Below, one piece after another: positions 20,116-29,322 of a stretch of 64,000 bases of DNA. Source of the stretch: Kiritimatiellia bacterium (GTDB lineage Bacteria; Verrucomicrobiota; Kiritimatiellia; RFP12; JBMNHG01). Under the pieces are notes generated by a model, which saw nothing but the letters and a program-made list of their open reading frames with translations, was not told the DNA's origin and ran no database searches. Position 1 is the first letter of the stretch; every line of letters starts with the position of its first letter. The stretch is taken from the NCBI GenBank assembly GCA_050950285.1, contig JBMNHG010000004.1, positions 1 to 64,000 on the forward strand, written 5' to 3'. The translations under genes were made by a program, and so were the position numbers.

Positions 20116-21288
20116 TCAATGTCCTCTCAACAATGTAAAAGCATGATATGCGCGAGTGATTAACTTTTTAAACAAAGTCCTCTTGAACAATTGATGAATA
20201 CACTTCGAATCAACAGACCACGCTCCAGTGAGTTGTCTGAAAAAACGGCGTCTTTTCCAATCTGGAAAATTCCATGCGTCTTTTTTTGTCACTGGGCTCC
20301 AGGCACATGGGTTATCCTGCGTTGCAACCTGTATGTCTACAGGAACGTACGAGCACTCGCCACGATTTTCAACTTTCTTCCAACACTCCTTCCCTTTTGC
20401 CGTCACTATAAAACATAGAGAGACACCCATACCATCTGCGAAGTCTTTCGCAAACTCCGCACATCCCCATGCATCGGCAATCGTCAGATCAGACCTGCTA
20501 GAAAAGCCTTTTGGGCAGGCAAAGCAACTCTGTCGGCAAAACCACCCAAGAGCCCATCCTTTGCCAAGGAATGTGTCGATAAACTTTGTCGAAACACGCG
20601 AACCGTTATCCAACTCGTAACGAATATAAAAGGGCGCCCATCCTTCTTTCTTATCCCGAAAATGAAAGTAAACAAGTTTCCCTTTGGACGTGATGCTCTG
20701 CTTGTAAAGCTCAAAAACTTTAGGAGAAGCCACCGAATGGCAAATCAAGTCCACGCAAAGCAGATTGTCATACGGTTTCTGCAAAAACAGCTTTAAGCCC
20801 GCAATCTGGCACGGACACCCGGAAAACAAGACCTTCCGTCCCGAATCCAATTGAGCTTTGACCTGGCGATAGGTATTTCCCATATCGGACTGGACATATT
20901 TGGAACCTCGCAAATCGTCCAGTTCTTCCTCGTTCTCCGCCGATTTATGGACAACCCGCCACGCTGGCTTCTCCCATCCCGCTCCGTAAACAATCCCGCC
21001 CTGCTTTAGGATCTCGCGGGCAAGGAGCGTAAACATGCCGCCGGAAGAGCTCTTCATGCGGAGCTCATCATCCTTGGCCTTGGCTGCGTAAACGGCTAAC
21101 GGCATTCTTTTCTGACCGGGATGCAGAACGGGGCAGACCTTTTGACACTGCCCGCAATTGACGCATAACGTTTTATCAATGACGGGCAGGAGAAATCCCT
21201 CGGCATCCGGCTTCATCGTGATTGCCCGTTTGGGACAAACCGCATAGCAGGCTGAACAGCCGCAGCATTTCGTCGGGGGGGGTAACAT
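20116..21288 (-). CDS. Coenzyme F420 hydrogenase/dehydrogenase beta-subunit-like (FrhB) 4Fe-4S protein
   Basis: CCGCSACYAVCP and CVNCGQCQKVCP ferredoxin motifs, SSSGG, GSKYVQS, GCPCQ, DLICH, SDLTIADAWG. Confidence 0.85.
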   Translation of the reverse strand: MLPPPTKCCGCSACYAVCPKRAITMKPDAEGFLLPVIDKTLCVNCGQCQKVCPVLHPGQKRMPLAVYAAKAKDDELRMKSSSGGMFTLLAREILKQGGIVYGAGWEKPAWRVVHKSAENEEELDDLRGSKYVQSDMGNTYRQVKAQLDSGRKVLFSGCPCQIAGLKLFLQKPYDNLLCVDLICHSVASPKVFELYKQSITSKGKLVYFHFRDKKEGWAPFYIRYELDNGSRVSTKFIDTFLGKGWALGWFCRQSCFACPKGFSSRSDLTIADAWGCAEFAKDFADGMGVSLCFIVTAKGKECWKKVENRGECSYVPVDIQVATQDNPCAWSPVTKKDAWNFPDWKRRRFFRQLTGAWSVDSKCIHQLFKRTLFKKLITRAYHAFTLLRGH

Positions 21289-22845
21289 TACGCGAGCGCT
21301 TTCACTTTCCGGGAGATTTCGGAAAATATGCGCAAGGCAAACCCGCGCTCCTTGGCATCAAAGACGCCCCACCAGCCAAGTGCCAGGATGACAACTTCCG
21401 TCACTACAACCGTCAAGCAAAGGCGGGGGAGTCCGACCGGAAAACTCCACACACAAAGAGCACCAAGGCCGCCAGCAACAACCATCAGCATCACGAGCGG
21501 GCCCACGACTCGAGTCAGCCAGATTTTTGGAGACATTCCGAAGAGATGACGACAAAAAATGACGCGACCGACCGAAGCAACTGAAACGGTCGCCACAAAG
21601 GCAACGCCGACAGAGGTGACGCCCATTCCGACTTTTATAAGCAACCACGCCAACGGCAAAGTCAGGATGAACACTGTGCCGAGCATCGCCTGATAGAGCG
21701 CAATTTTCCCATGGGCGGCTACCAATATCATGTGCCCGAAGGTGAGCTTATCAATAATCATCATAACCATCATGCAGCAACTGAGGACGGCAGTATGATC
21801 GGGTGGGACTTTGAGCCACAGGTGGAGTACTTCATCCAGTTCAAGTAAAAGCGGAAGGATTAAAATCAGCGCCAGAAACGTGCTGAACTTGCAGGCACGC
21901 AGGGATAGATCGATCGCCTGTTCGCGATGCCCGCTCCCCTCGGCCGTGGTGATGGCGGGTGTTAGGGCATTCTGCATGGCCCCAGACAAGGTAGAGGCCT
22001 GCCCCGATATTTGGTTTGAAATACTATAGGCCGCGTTCGCGGAAGGCCCAAAATGGAGGTTAACAAGGATGGCTGAGCCCTGATTCCGCAAGATTGTTCC
22101 TACCCCACCGAACATCTGCCATCCGGCAAAGCTGAAGAGCTTACCAAGGCGGGAGCGCTCAAGCCACTCCCGCCAGACAACCCGGCAGGCCTTAAAACGT
22201 AAACGCGCAAGCATGACAAGCATCAAGGGGATGCCGGCGTTCACAAGCATCACCAACACGGCATAGGCGATGAGGCGGTCACCAGGATAGCGAAGCAGTG
22301 CGAAGGTGCCGAAAAACAATACGACGACACGAACGATATCAAACACGGCCAGTACCGTGATCAATTGGTAGGCCGTGTACATGGCAGTATAGGGAATCGC
22401 AACCATCCCAAAAAAGGCGCCTAACAATGAAATCCGGAAGACCCAAAGGCATGCAGCTAACCGGTCCGGGGGGATTGTAAGCCAATGCCGGATTGCGTAT
22501 TCACCTATGGGAAGTCCAATCAGAATCAACAGCAAGGGGAGCGCAAGATAGACCGCCAAGGCCGTATTGAACCATCGGCGCAAATCGGCAACCGCGTCAT
22601 GCAGGGGAAAGCGTCTTTCCGTAACCGATGGAATAAGCATAGAAACGCGTCACCGCGCCGCGCATCACCATGCTGATAAATCCGATAAAACCAATGATGC
22701 TGCCCACCACACCGAACAGCCCCAAGTCAACCTGCCCAAGCGCCAGCAAGACCCACCGTGCCGTAAAGAGGTTCAGTCCGAACGTCAGCACGCTTCGTCC
22801 ATACGTAGCCAGCGTGTTCAGAACAATGCGTTGGGAAGAAGTCAT
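21288..22845 (-). CDS. Wzx-like polysaccharide flippase (MOP superfamily), with an apparent +1 frameshift
   Basis: The N-terminal ORF 22597-22845 (MTSSQRIVLNTLATYGRS...LGLFGVVG) and ORF 21288-22640 join in frame if one base of the G4 run at 22604-22607 is removed. Many TM helices; FAGWQMFG and NAAYSISNQI. Confidence 0.75.
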
Positions 22846-22955
22846 ACAATGCAGGAAGAAACTTGCAAGTTGACCCAGTCGGTCAAAAAAGCGATCGTTT
22901 CACTACCATCCCACAGGGGCGACCGATACCACACCGGTTCCCGGAATTGGGGAAC

Positions 22956-22984
22956 AGTATGCGAGGGGGCGCGAAAAGAGTCAA
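22956..22984 (-). promoter_or_regulatory. Sigma70-like promoter for the polysaccharide operon
   Basis: TTGACT-17 bp-CATACT on the minus strand, about 110 nt upstream of the flippase start. Confidence 0.6.
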
Positions 22985-23082
22985 CCCCGTAAATCCGCAA
23001 TGTCGAGGTGTCGCGGTGAAGACAAAGGTGTTTGTGTTCATTTCGGGTTTTGGGTATCCTGTCCGCCCCGGAGGAATTTCGC

Positions 23083-23538
23083 ATGAAATGTCCGAAATGC
23101 GGTCAGGACAAGGACAAGGTGCTGGACAGTCGCTCGGCGCGGGATGGCTCGGCCATCCGGCGGCGGCGCGAGTGCCAGGAGTGCAACCAGCGTTTCACGA
23201 CGTATGAAGAGATCGTGAAGGACTCGCTGCGCGTGGTCAAACGCGACGGGCGGCACGAGGAATTCAGCCGCGTGAAGCTTCAGAACGGCATCCAGCGCGC
23301 CTGCGAGAAGCGGCCCGTCAGCGCCGCGCAAATCAGTTCCATGATTGATTCGATCCTGGACGAACTGGACCAGGAGTTCGACATCGACGTGCCCTCCAGC
23401 GCCATCGGGCAGAAGGTGATGGACAAGCTCGAGAAGCTCGACGTGGTGGCCTACGTGCGCTTCGCCTCCGTCTACAAGCGTTTCGCCGACGTGAACCAGT
23501 TCCTCAACGCCGTCCGCGACATCGTCCAGAAGAACTAG
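23083..23538 (+). CDS. nrdR: Transcriptional repressor NrdR
   Basis: MKCPKC...VLDSR...IRRRREC..C..RFTTYE; ATP-cone VVKRDG; VAYVRFASVY. GGAGG RBS. Confidence 0.95.
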   Translation: MKCPKCGQDKDKVLDSRSARDGSAIRRRRECQECNQRFTTYEEIVKDSLRVVKRDGRHEEFSRVKLQNGIQRACEKRPVSAAQISSMIDSILDELDQEFDIDVPSSAIGQKVMDKLEKLDVVAYVRFASVYKRFADVNQFLNAVRDIVQKN

Positions 23539-23577
23539 TTTCCCTCCCTTTGCATTCCATCCTCCGAGGATTCCCCC

Positions 23578-24537
23578 ATGCTCTCTGACGCCCGTATCCG
23601 CGCCGAACTCGACAACGTGCTCGTTGACGCCGACTTCCCGGAGTTCAACGTCCCCCGCACCGCCGGCAAGGTCCGCGACAGCTATCTGCTCGACGGCCGC
23701 CGCATCCTGGTCACCACCGACCGCATTTCCGCCTTTGACCGCGTGCTGGGCACCATCCCCTTCAAGGGCCAAGTGCTGAACCAGCTGGCGGCCTTCTGGT
23801 TCGAGAAGACCCGCGGGATCGTGCCCAACCACGTGATTTCCGTGCCGGACCCCAGCGTGATGGTCGTGCACGAGTGCGGCCAGCTTCCGCTCGAATTCAT
23901 CGTGCGAGGCTACATCACGGGCGTTACGCAGACCTCCGCCTGGACCCACTACAAGGCCGGCGTGCGCAACTTCTGCGGGAATCCGCTTCCCGACGGCCTC
24001 CGCAAGGACCAAAAGCTCGACGCCCCCATCCTCACGCCCACCACCAAGCACGAGGCACACGACCGCAACATCTCGCGCGACGAGGCCCTTTCCGAGGGGT
24101 TGATCGACGCCGCCACCTTCGACGCCGCGCGCGACATCTGCCTGCGGCTCTTCGAGGCCGGAACGCGGCATGCCGCCGCGCAGGGCCTGATCCTGGTGGA
24201 CACCAAGTACGAGATCGGCACGCTGGACGGCCGTCTCGTGGCGAGCGACGAGATCCACACCCCCGATTCCTCGCGCTACTGGTACGCCGCGGAGTATGCC
24301 GGCCGTTTCGCCCGGGGCGAGGAGCAGCGCAAGCTCGACAAGGAGTATGTGCGCGAATGGCTGGCGGCCCGCGGCTTCCGGGGGGATGGCGAGCCTCCCG
24401 TTCTCCCCGACGAGGTCCGCGTGGAGGCCGCGAAGCGCTACATCGAGGCGTACGAGCGGATCACGGGGCTCGAATTCCAGCCCGTCGAGGGCCCCGTCCG
24501 CGAGCGTGTCCGCGCCGCTTTGGCGGCGTTGCTCTAG
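23578..24537 (+). CDS. purC: Phosphoribosylaminoimidazolesuccinocarboxamide (SAICAR) synthase
   Basis: GKVRD, TDRISAFD, IPFKGQVLNQ, EFIVRGYITG, TPTTK, DTKYE, DEIHTPDSSRYW, DKEYVREW. Confidence 0.95.
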   Translation: MLSDARIRAELDNVLVDADFPEFNVPRTAGKVRDSYLLDGRRILVTTDRISAFDRVLGTIPFKGQVLNQLAAFWFEKTRGIVPNHVISVPDPSVMVVHECGQLPLEFIVRGYITGVTQTSAWTHYKAGVRNFCGNPLPDGLRKDQKLDAPILTPTTKHEAHDRNISRDEALSEGLIDAATFDAARDICLRLFEAGTRHAAAQGLILVDTKYEIGTLDGRLVASDEIHTPDSSRYWYAAEYAGRFARGEEQRKLDKEYVREWLAARGFRGDGEPPVLPDEVRVEAAKRYIEAYERITGLEFQPVEGPVRERVRAALAALL

Positions 24538-25337
24538 TCCGCGAAGCGGAAGAGCGCGCGCCAGTCGGAGCCGTTGCCTTCGCCGAGGCGCACGGCGAGC
24601 GGCCGGCCATCGGCGTAGTCGAAGAATCCGACCCAGTACAGGTGGCGGGAGGGGGCGAGGTTCCGGCGGTCGGTTTCGTCTGGAACGCGGGCGGCGGCGA
24701 AGAGGAGGTAGCGTCCGGGCGGGATGGGGGCGCAGGCGAACGTGCCGTCCTCCGCGGGGGCGATGCGCCAGTCGAGCGTCTTCAGGAACCGGTCGATGCG
24801 GGCGCGGGCGCGTTCCGCGGCGTGCCGCCGTGATGCCTCCTGGTTTCGTCCGGAGCGTTCGACCTCGGTGGACCGGTGGATTTTCACGCGGTTCGGGGTG
24901 ACTTCCACGTGGGGGAGGCCTTCGAACTCGACGGGTGCGGTGTCGCGGCGCAGGGCGGCGTCGATCTCCGCCAGCTCCTGCCGGAGGTCGATCAAGGCAC
25001 GGTGGCGGCGGCCGTCGAGCCGGCCGGCGTACACGCCGAGCTGCTGGGTGCCCCGGGGGAGGGCGAGGCGTCCGAGGAGCCCTTGCGTGTCGCTCTCGAA
25101 GGGGCGGATGTCGAGGGTGGCCATTTGGAGCGGATCGTCCGGGGAGAAGGCGGGCGGCGGCAGGGGCGCTTCGTGCCGGAGGATGGTTCCGCCGGGGATC
25201 CGGGTGGTTTCCCCGGGGCCGATGACGGCGCCGTGCTCCAGCCGGGAGTACCCGCCCGACGAGAAGGACAGTTGCGCCGGCGCGCGGGACGCGGCAAGCA
25301 GCAGCAACGCGCAAAGGGGGATGGGGCGACTCGTCAT
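24534..25337 (-). CDS. Hypothetical secreted protein, last gene of the fabG/KS/E1 operon
   Basis: Signal peptide MTSRPIPLCALLLLAASRAPA. Late EDGTFACAPIPPGRYLL segment resembles a prealbumin/carboxypeptidase-regulatory beta-sandwich. Stop overlaps the purC stop (CTAG). Confidence 0.6.
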   Translation of the reverse strand: MTSRPIPLCALLLLAASRAPAQLSFSSGGYSRLEHGAVIGPGETTRIPGGTILRHEAPLPPPAFSPDDPLQMATLDIRPFESDTQGLLGRLALPRGTQQLGVYAGRLDGRRHRALIDLRQELAEIDAALRRDTAPVEFEGLPHVEVTPNRVKIHRSTEVERSGRNQEASRRHAAERARARIDRFLKTLDWRIAPAEDGTFACAPIPPGRYLLFAAARVPDETDRRNLAPSRHLYWVGFFDYADGRPLAVRLGEGNGSDWRALFRFAD

Positions 25338-25360
25338 GGGCGCGTCCGGGCGGGTGGGCT

Positions 25361-26335
25361 TCAGAGCGTGGCGAGCTCGAGGGCGGCCTGGTAGATGGAC
25401 TCCTCGTCCGGGATGACGGCGGCTTCGAGGGTTTTGGCGGCGGGGACGGGGCAGTCGGGGGAGGCGATGCGCCGAACGGGGGCGGAGAGGGCGCCGTGCG
25501 CATGTTCGCCGACGATGGCGGCGAGTTCGGCGGCGATGCCGCCCGTGACGGGGCCTTCCTCCACGACGAGCACGCGGCCGGTCTTGCGCGCGGAGGCCAG
25601 GAGCGCCTCGCGGTCGAGCGGGGCGAGGGTGCGCAGGTCGATGACCTCCGCCGCGATTTCGTCTTCGGCAAGGCGGTCGGCCACGCGCGTGGCGAGATGG
25701 GCCATCCACGACCATGCGAGGATGGTGAGGTCCGTGCCTTCGCGGGCGACGCGCGCCGTGCCGAAGGGGATGGGTTCGATGGGGGTGTCGGGCAGTTCCC
25801 AGCGCAGCGGGTAGAGGCGTTTGTGCTCCACGAAGAGGACGGGGTTCGGGTTGCGGATGGCGGTCTTCAGCAGGCCCGCGAAATCGGCGCCCGTGGCGGG
25901 CGCGACGATCTGGATTCCGGGCGCGCCGAAGAAGAGGCGCTCGAGGCATTGCGAGTGGGTGGCGCCGTAGCCACGGCCGCCGCCGGAGGGCGTGCGGACC
26001 ACGAGGGGGCATGCCATGCCGTGCAGGTACTGCAGTTTCGCGGCCTGGTTCACGAGTTGGTCCACGCCCAGGGTGATGAAGTCCATGAACATGATTTCGG
26101 CGACGGGCACCGATCCGCCGGCGGCGGCGCCGATGGCCATGCCGAGGATGGCGGGTTCGGCGATGGGCGTGTCGCGCACGCGCTCGGGGCCGAACTCGTC
26201 GACGAGCCCCCGGGTGACGCCGAAGGAGCCGCCATAGACGCCGATGTCCTCGCCGAGGAGGAAGACGCGCTCGTCGCGCCGCATTTCGTCGGCCAGCGTT
26301 TCACGCAGGATTTGCACGGTGGTGGCCTGTTTCAT
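25361..26335 (-). CDS. ThDP-dependent 2-oxoacid/acetoin dehydrogenase E1 beta subunit
   Basis: GEDIGVYGGSF, DTPIAE, EIMFMDF, GATHSQ, EHKRLY, IDLRTLAPLD. ATGA overlap with E1 alpha. Confidence 0.9.
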   Translation of the reverse strand: MKQATTVQILRETLADEMRRDERVFLLGEDIGVYGGSFGVTRGLVDEFGPERVRDTPIAEPAILGMAIGAAAGGSVPVAEIMFMDFITLGVDQLVNQAAKLQYLHGMACPLVVRTPSGGGRGYGATHSQCLERLFFGAPGIQIVAPATGADFAGLLKTAIRNPNPVLFVEHKRLYPLRWELPDTPIEPIPFGTARVAREGTDLTILAWSWMAHLATRVADRLAEDEIAAEVIDLRTLAPLDREALLASARKTGRVLVVEEGPVTGGIAAELAAIVGEHAHGALSAPVRRIASPDCPVPAAKTLEAAVIPDEESIYQAALELATL

Positions 26336-27279
26336 GCGTAGACTCCTTCGGCGGCGCGGGCCGGATCGAGGGGGAGGTCGGCGGAAGCGAAGGCGACGGC
26401 CTCCTCCACGGTTGCGACGGCGCGGGCGTCGGCCCGGCTGCATGCCTCGTCCCACAGGCCGCGGCTCCGGAGCGTTGCCTCGAGACGGGCGATGGGTTCG
26501 TGCCGCCGGGCTTCGGCCTCCTCTTCGCGGCTGCGGTAGACGCAGCGGTCGCCGCGGGAGTGGCCGGAAAGGCGGTAGGTCATGCATTCGAGCAGCGTCG
26601 CGCCGCCGCCGTCGCGCGCGATGCGCACGGCCTCCTCCATGGCCTCCGCGACGGCCTCGACGTCGTTGCCGTCGACGCGTACGCCGCGAAGGGCGTATGC
26701 GGCGGCGCGCCCGGCCACGTTTGGATTCGCAAGGCCTTTCGCGGTGGAGGTGGACATCGCGTAGCCGTTGTTTTCGCAGACGTACACGACGGGGAGTTTC
26801 CAGAGGCCGGCGAAGTTCAGGGATTCGTGGAAGGTGCCCTGGCTCGCGGCGCCGTCCCCGAAGAGGCATGCGGTGACGCGTCCGGTCTTGCGGAGCCTGG
26901 CGTCGAGGGCGAGGCCGGTGGCGAAGGGGAGGCTTCCGCCCACGATTCCGTTCGCGCCATAGAAGCCGATCGAGAGGTCGGTCATCATCTGGCTTCCTCC
27001 GCGTCCTTGGGCGTATCCGGAAGCGCCTCCGAAAAGCTCGGCGAGGAGGCGGCGCGGGCTGGCGCCCCGGGCGAGGAAGTGGCCGTGTCCGCGGTGGGAG
27101 GAGGTGAGGGCGTCGTCGGGTCCGAGGGCGGCGCAGACGCCCACGGCGACGGCTTCCTGGCCGATGCAGACGTGTGCGGTTCCGCCGATGCGGCCTTCGG
27201 CGAAGAGGCGTTCGACGGCCTCCTCGAAGCGCCGGATGAGGAGCATCCGCGCATGGCAGGCTTTGAGGTCGAGGTTCAT
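26332..27279 (-). CDS. ThDP-dependent 2-oxoacid/acetoin dehydrogenase E1 alpha subunit
   Basis: GQEA, HRGHGH, GRGGS, NGIVG, ThDP motif GDGA...ENN, TYRLSGHS. Overlaps the KS stop. Confidence 0.9.
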   Translation of the reverse strand: MNLDLKACHARMLLIRRFEEAVERLFAEGRIGGTAHVCIGQEAVAVGVCAALGPDDALTSSHRGHGHFLARGASPRRLLAELFGGASGYAQGRGGSQMMTDLSIGFYGANGIVGGSLPFATGLALDARLRKTGRVTACLFGDGAASQGTFHESLNFAGLWKLPVVYVCENNGYAMSTSTAKGLANPNVAGRAAAYALRGVRVDGNDVEAVAEAMEEAVRIARDGGGATLLECMTYRLSGHSRGDRCVYRSREEEAEARRHEPIARLEATLRSRGLWDEACSRADARAVATVEEAVAFASADLPLDPARAAEGVYA

Positions 27280-29315
27280 GGGGACGGAGGCTCCAGGAGG
27301 AAGGTGGCGGTTTGGCCGTCGGGGGCGTCGAAGCGGATGGTGGACGGCATGGGGGCGTCCGCGAGCGCGGCGGCGTCGAGGGCCGTGCGCAGGAGGGCGG
27401 CGGCGCCGCGGGTGTCTCCGCACAGGGCGTCGGCGTGCGCGGCCGGATCGCCGGCCCCGGCGGGGGAGGGGACGCCGGCCGGGAGGCTTCCGGCCCTGGC
27501 GAGGGTGGCGATGGCGGCAGCGGGCGTGGCGCCGGGGGGGGCGCGTTCGAGCAGGAGGGCGGCGCCGGCTTCGCCGCGCGGGGTGTCCGGGAGGTCGTGG
27601 CCGATTGTTTCGGCGGCGCAGACGAGCACGACGTCCGCTTCGCCTGCGGCGAGGAGGTCCGCTGCGGCGAGGAGGGCCTGCGCGGAGGCCATGCGGCCCG
27701 TGGTGAAGTTCAGGTGGGGGCCGCGCAGTTCCCATTCCATCGCGGCGAGGCTTATGGCGGTGTTGGCGTAGGCGTGCTGGAAGAGCATGGGCTTCACGAG
27801 GCGCGGGCCTTTGGCCTCCAGGTCGGCCAGGAAGAGGCGGACGGTGTCCGAACCGCCTTCCGCGGTGGCGGCACAAACGGCGCGCCGCTCCGGCGGGACG
27901 TCGTCCAGGCCGCCGCGCCGCGCGATGGCCATGCCGCAGGCGGCGAGCAGGAGTTCCGATTGGCGGTCGAGGTAGTTCTTGGGCGTGGGGACGAAATCGG
28001 CGAGGGCGAAGGGGGGCACGCGGCCCACGGCCCGCCCGTCGGCGTCTTCCTCGAGCGCGGGTTCGTTCTCGGCCAGCGCGGCGAGGTTCTCTTCGGGGCC
28101 GATGCCGAGGGGGGAGAGGAGGCCGATGCCGGTGACGATGCACTTCGCGGGGTCGGGCGGGATGGGCCTGGCGGGGGTGTCGTGGCGTTGGATGGCGGCG
28201 AACACGACGGCGCCGTTGCAACCGCCGATTCCGGCGGAGTTGGAGAGGGCGAGGCGGATGTCCGCCTTTCGCGGCGTGCCGCGAACGACGTCGAGGGGGC
28301 AGTCGGGGTCGGGGGTCTCGAGGTTGGCGGTGGGGGGGATGAGGCCTTCGCGCAGGGAGAGCACGGTGGCGATGGCCTCGGCGGTTCCGGCGGCGCCGAG
28401 GAGGTGGCCGACGACGCCCTTGGCGGAGGTCGCGGGGATGGAGGCGGCGCGCTCCCCGCACAGGTCGAGGAAGGCCTGGGATTCGGTGAGGTCGTTGTGT
28501 TTCGTGCCGGTTCCGTGCGCGTTGAAGAAGTCGAGGTCGGCGGGGGAGGCGTTGGCGCGGGCGAGGGCGCGCCGCATCACGTCGAGGGATCCGGCGCCGC
28601 GCGGGGAGGGGGCGGTGAGGTGGAAGCCGTTGTTGCCGGTGGCCCATCCGGCGAGGCGGGCGAGGGGCGTTCCGCCGCGGGCTTCGCAGGCGGGGGCCCG
28701 TTCGAGGAGGAGGGCGGCGGCCCCTTCGCTGAAGAGCGTGCCGGAGCGGGAGGCGTCGAAGGGGCGGACCACCGTGTCGCGCGCCATCGTGCGCAAGGCG
28801 TAGAGCCCGCTCCACGAAAAGGGGGAAAGTTCGTCGAACCCGACGACGAGCATCCGTTCCGCCCGCCCGGCGGCGAGCAGGTCGGCGGCGGCGGCGAGGG
28901 CGGACGCCCCCGACGCGCAGGAGAGGGAGAGGGTGATGCGGGGGCCGCGCAGGCCGAGGGCGTCGGAGATCCGCGCCTGGCTGTCATCCTGCGTGGGCAG
29001 CTCCATCGTGGCGAAGTTCGTGGCGGCGATGAGCCCGCAGGAGGCGCGTCCGGCTTCCCCGAGGCCTTGCAGGGCCTCCTCGCCGGCGGCGACTGCGAAG
29101 CGAACGGCGCGCGGTGCGTCGGCGGGTTGCGCGGGGATGCCGTCGATTTGCCCGCCGCAGGTGGGGGGGAGGCCGGCATCGCCGGGGAAGAGGCGGACGG
29201 GGCGCAGGAGGCTTTCGCCCTCCAGCAGGGCCTGCCAGAAGGCGCTTGCGCCCGGCCCTGCAGGGGTGAAGGCGCCCATGCCGGAAACGACGATGGAAGG
29301 CGTGGGGTCGTTCAT
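27276..29315 (-). CDS. Beta-ketoacyl synthase (FabF-like KS) fused to a catalytically degenerate KS/CLF-like domain
   Basis: N-terminal KS with Cys-His-His triad (SLSCASG, NAHGTGT, KGVVGHLLGAAG) and NSAGIGGCN. Second thiolase-fold domain starts CIVTGIGLLSPLG and includes VKPMLFQHAYAN and GPHLNFTTGRMAS, with no catalytic Cys. Confidence 0.8.
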   Translation of the reverse strand: MNDPTPSIVVSGMGAFTPAGPGASAFWQALLEGESLLRPVRLFPGDAGLPPTCGGQIDGIPAQPADAPRAVRFAVAAGEEALQGLGEAGRASCGLIAATNFATMELPTQDDSQARISDALGLRGPRITLSLSCASGASALAAAADLLAAGRAERMLVVGFDELSPFSWSGLYALRTMARDTVVRPFDASRSGTLFSEGAAALLLERAPACEARGGTPLARLAGWATGNNGFHLTAPSPRGAGSLDVMRRALARANASPADLDFFNAHGTGTKHNDLTESQAFLDLCGERAASIPATSAKGVVGHLLGAAGTAEAIATVLSLREGLIPPTANLETPDPDCPLDVVRGTPRKADIRLALSNSAGIGGCNGAVVFAAIQRHDTPARPIPPDPAKCIVTGIGLLSPLGIGPEENLAALAENEPALEEDADGRAVGRVPPFALADFVPTPKNYLDRQSELLLAACGMAIARRGGLDDVPPERRAVCAATAEGGSDTVRLFLADLEAKGPRLVKPMLFQHAYANTAISLAAMEWELRGPHLNFTTGRMASAQALLAAADLLAAGEADVVLVCAAETIGHDLPDTPRGEAGAALLLERAPPGATPAAAIATLARAGSLPAGVPSPAGAGDPAAHADALCGDTRGAAALLRTALDAAALADAPMPSTIRFDAPDGQTATFLLEPPSP

Positions 29316-29322
29316 CGGGAAA

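Larger units (their letters stand above)
15526..22984 (-). other. Low-GC surface polysaccharide (O-antigen/capsule/EPS) biosynthesis island
   Basis: Abrupt drop to roughly 45-55% GC (by eye) against about 70% in the flanks. Six co-oriented polysaccharide genes; no integrase or tRNA seen. Confidence 0.85.

Noticed and set aside
15480..23080. Island as a prophage, ICE or transposon
   Set aside because: No integrase, transposase, tRNA or flanking direct repeats were found by eye.
24534..24537. Overlapping convergent stop codons (CTAG) of purC and the secreted-protein gene
   Set aside because: Common compact arrangement with no further signal.
25361..27279. Calling the E1 pair pdhA/pdhB or acoA/acoB
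   Set aside because: Substrate cannot be determined from motifs, and the context lacks E2/E3.
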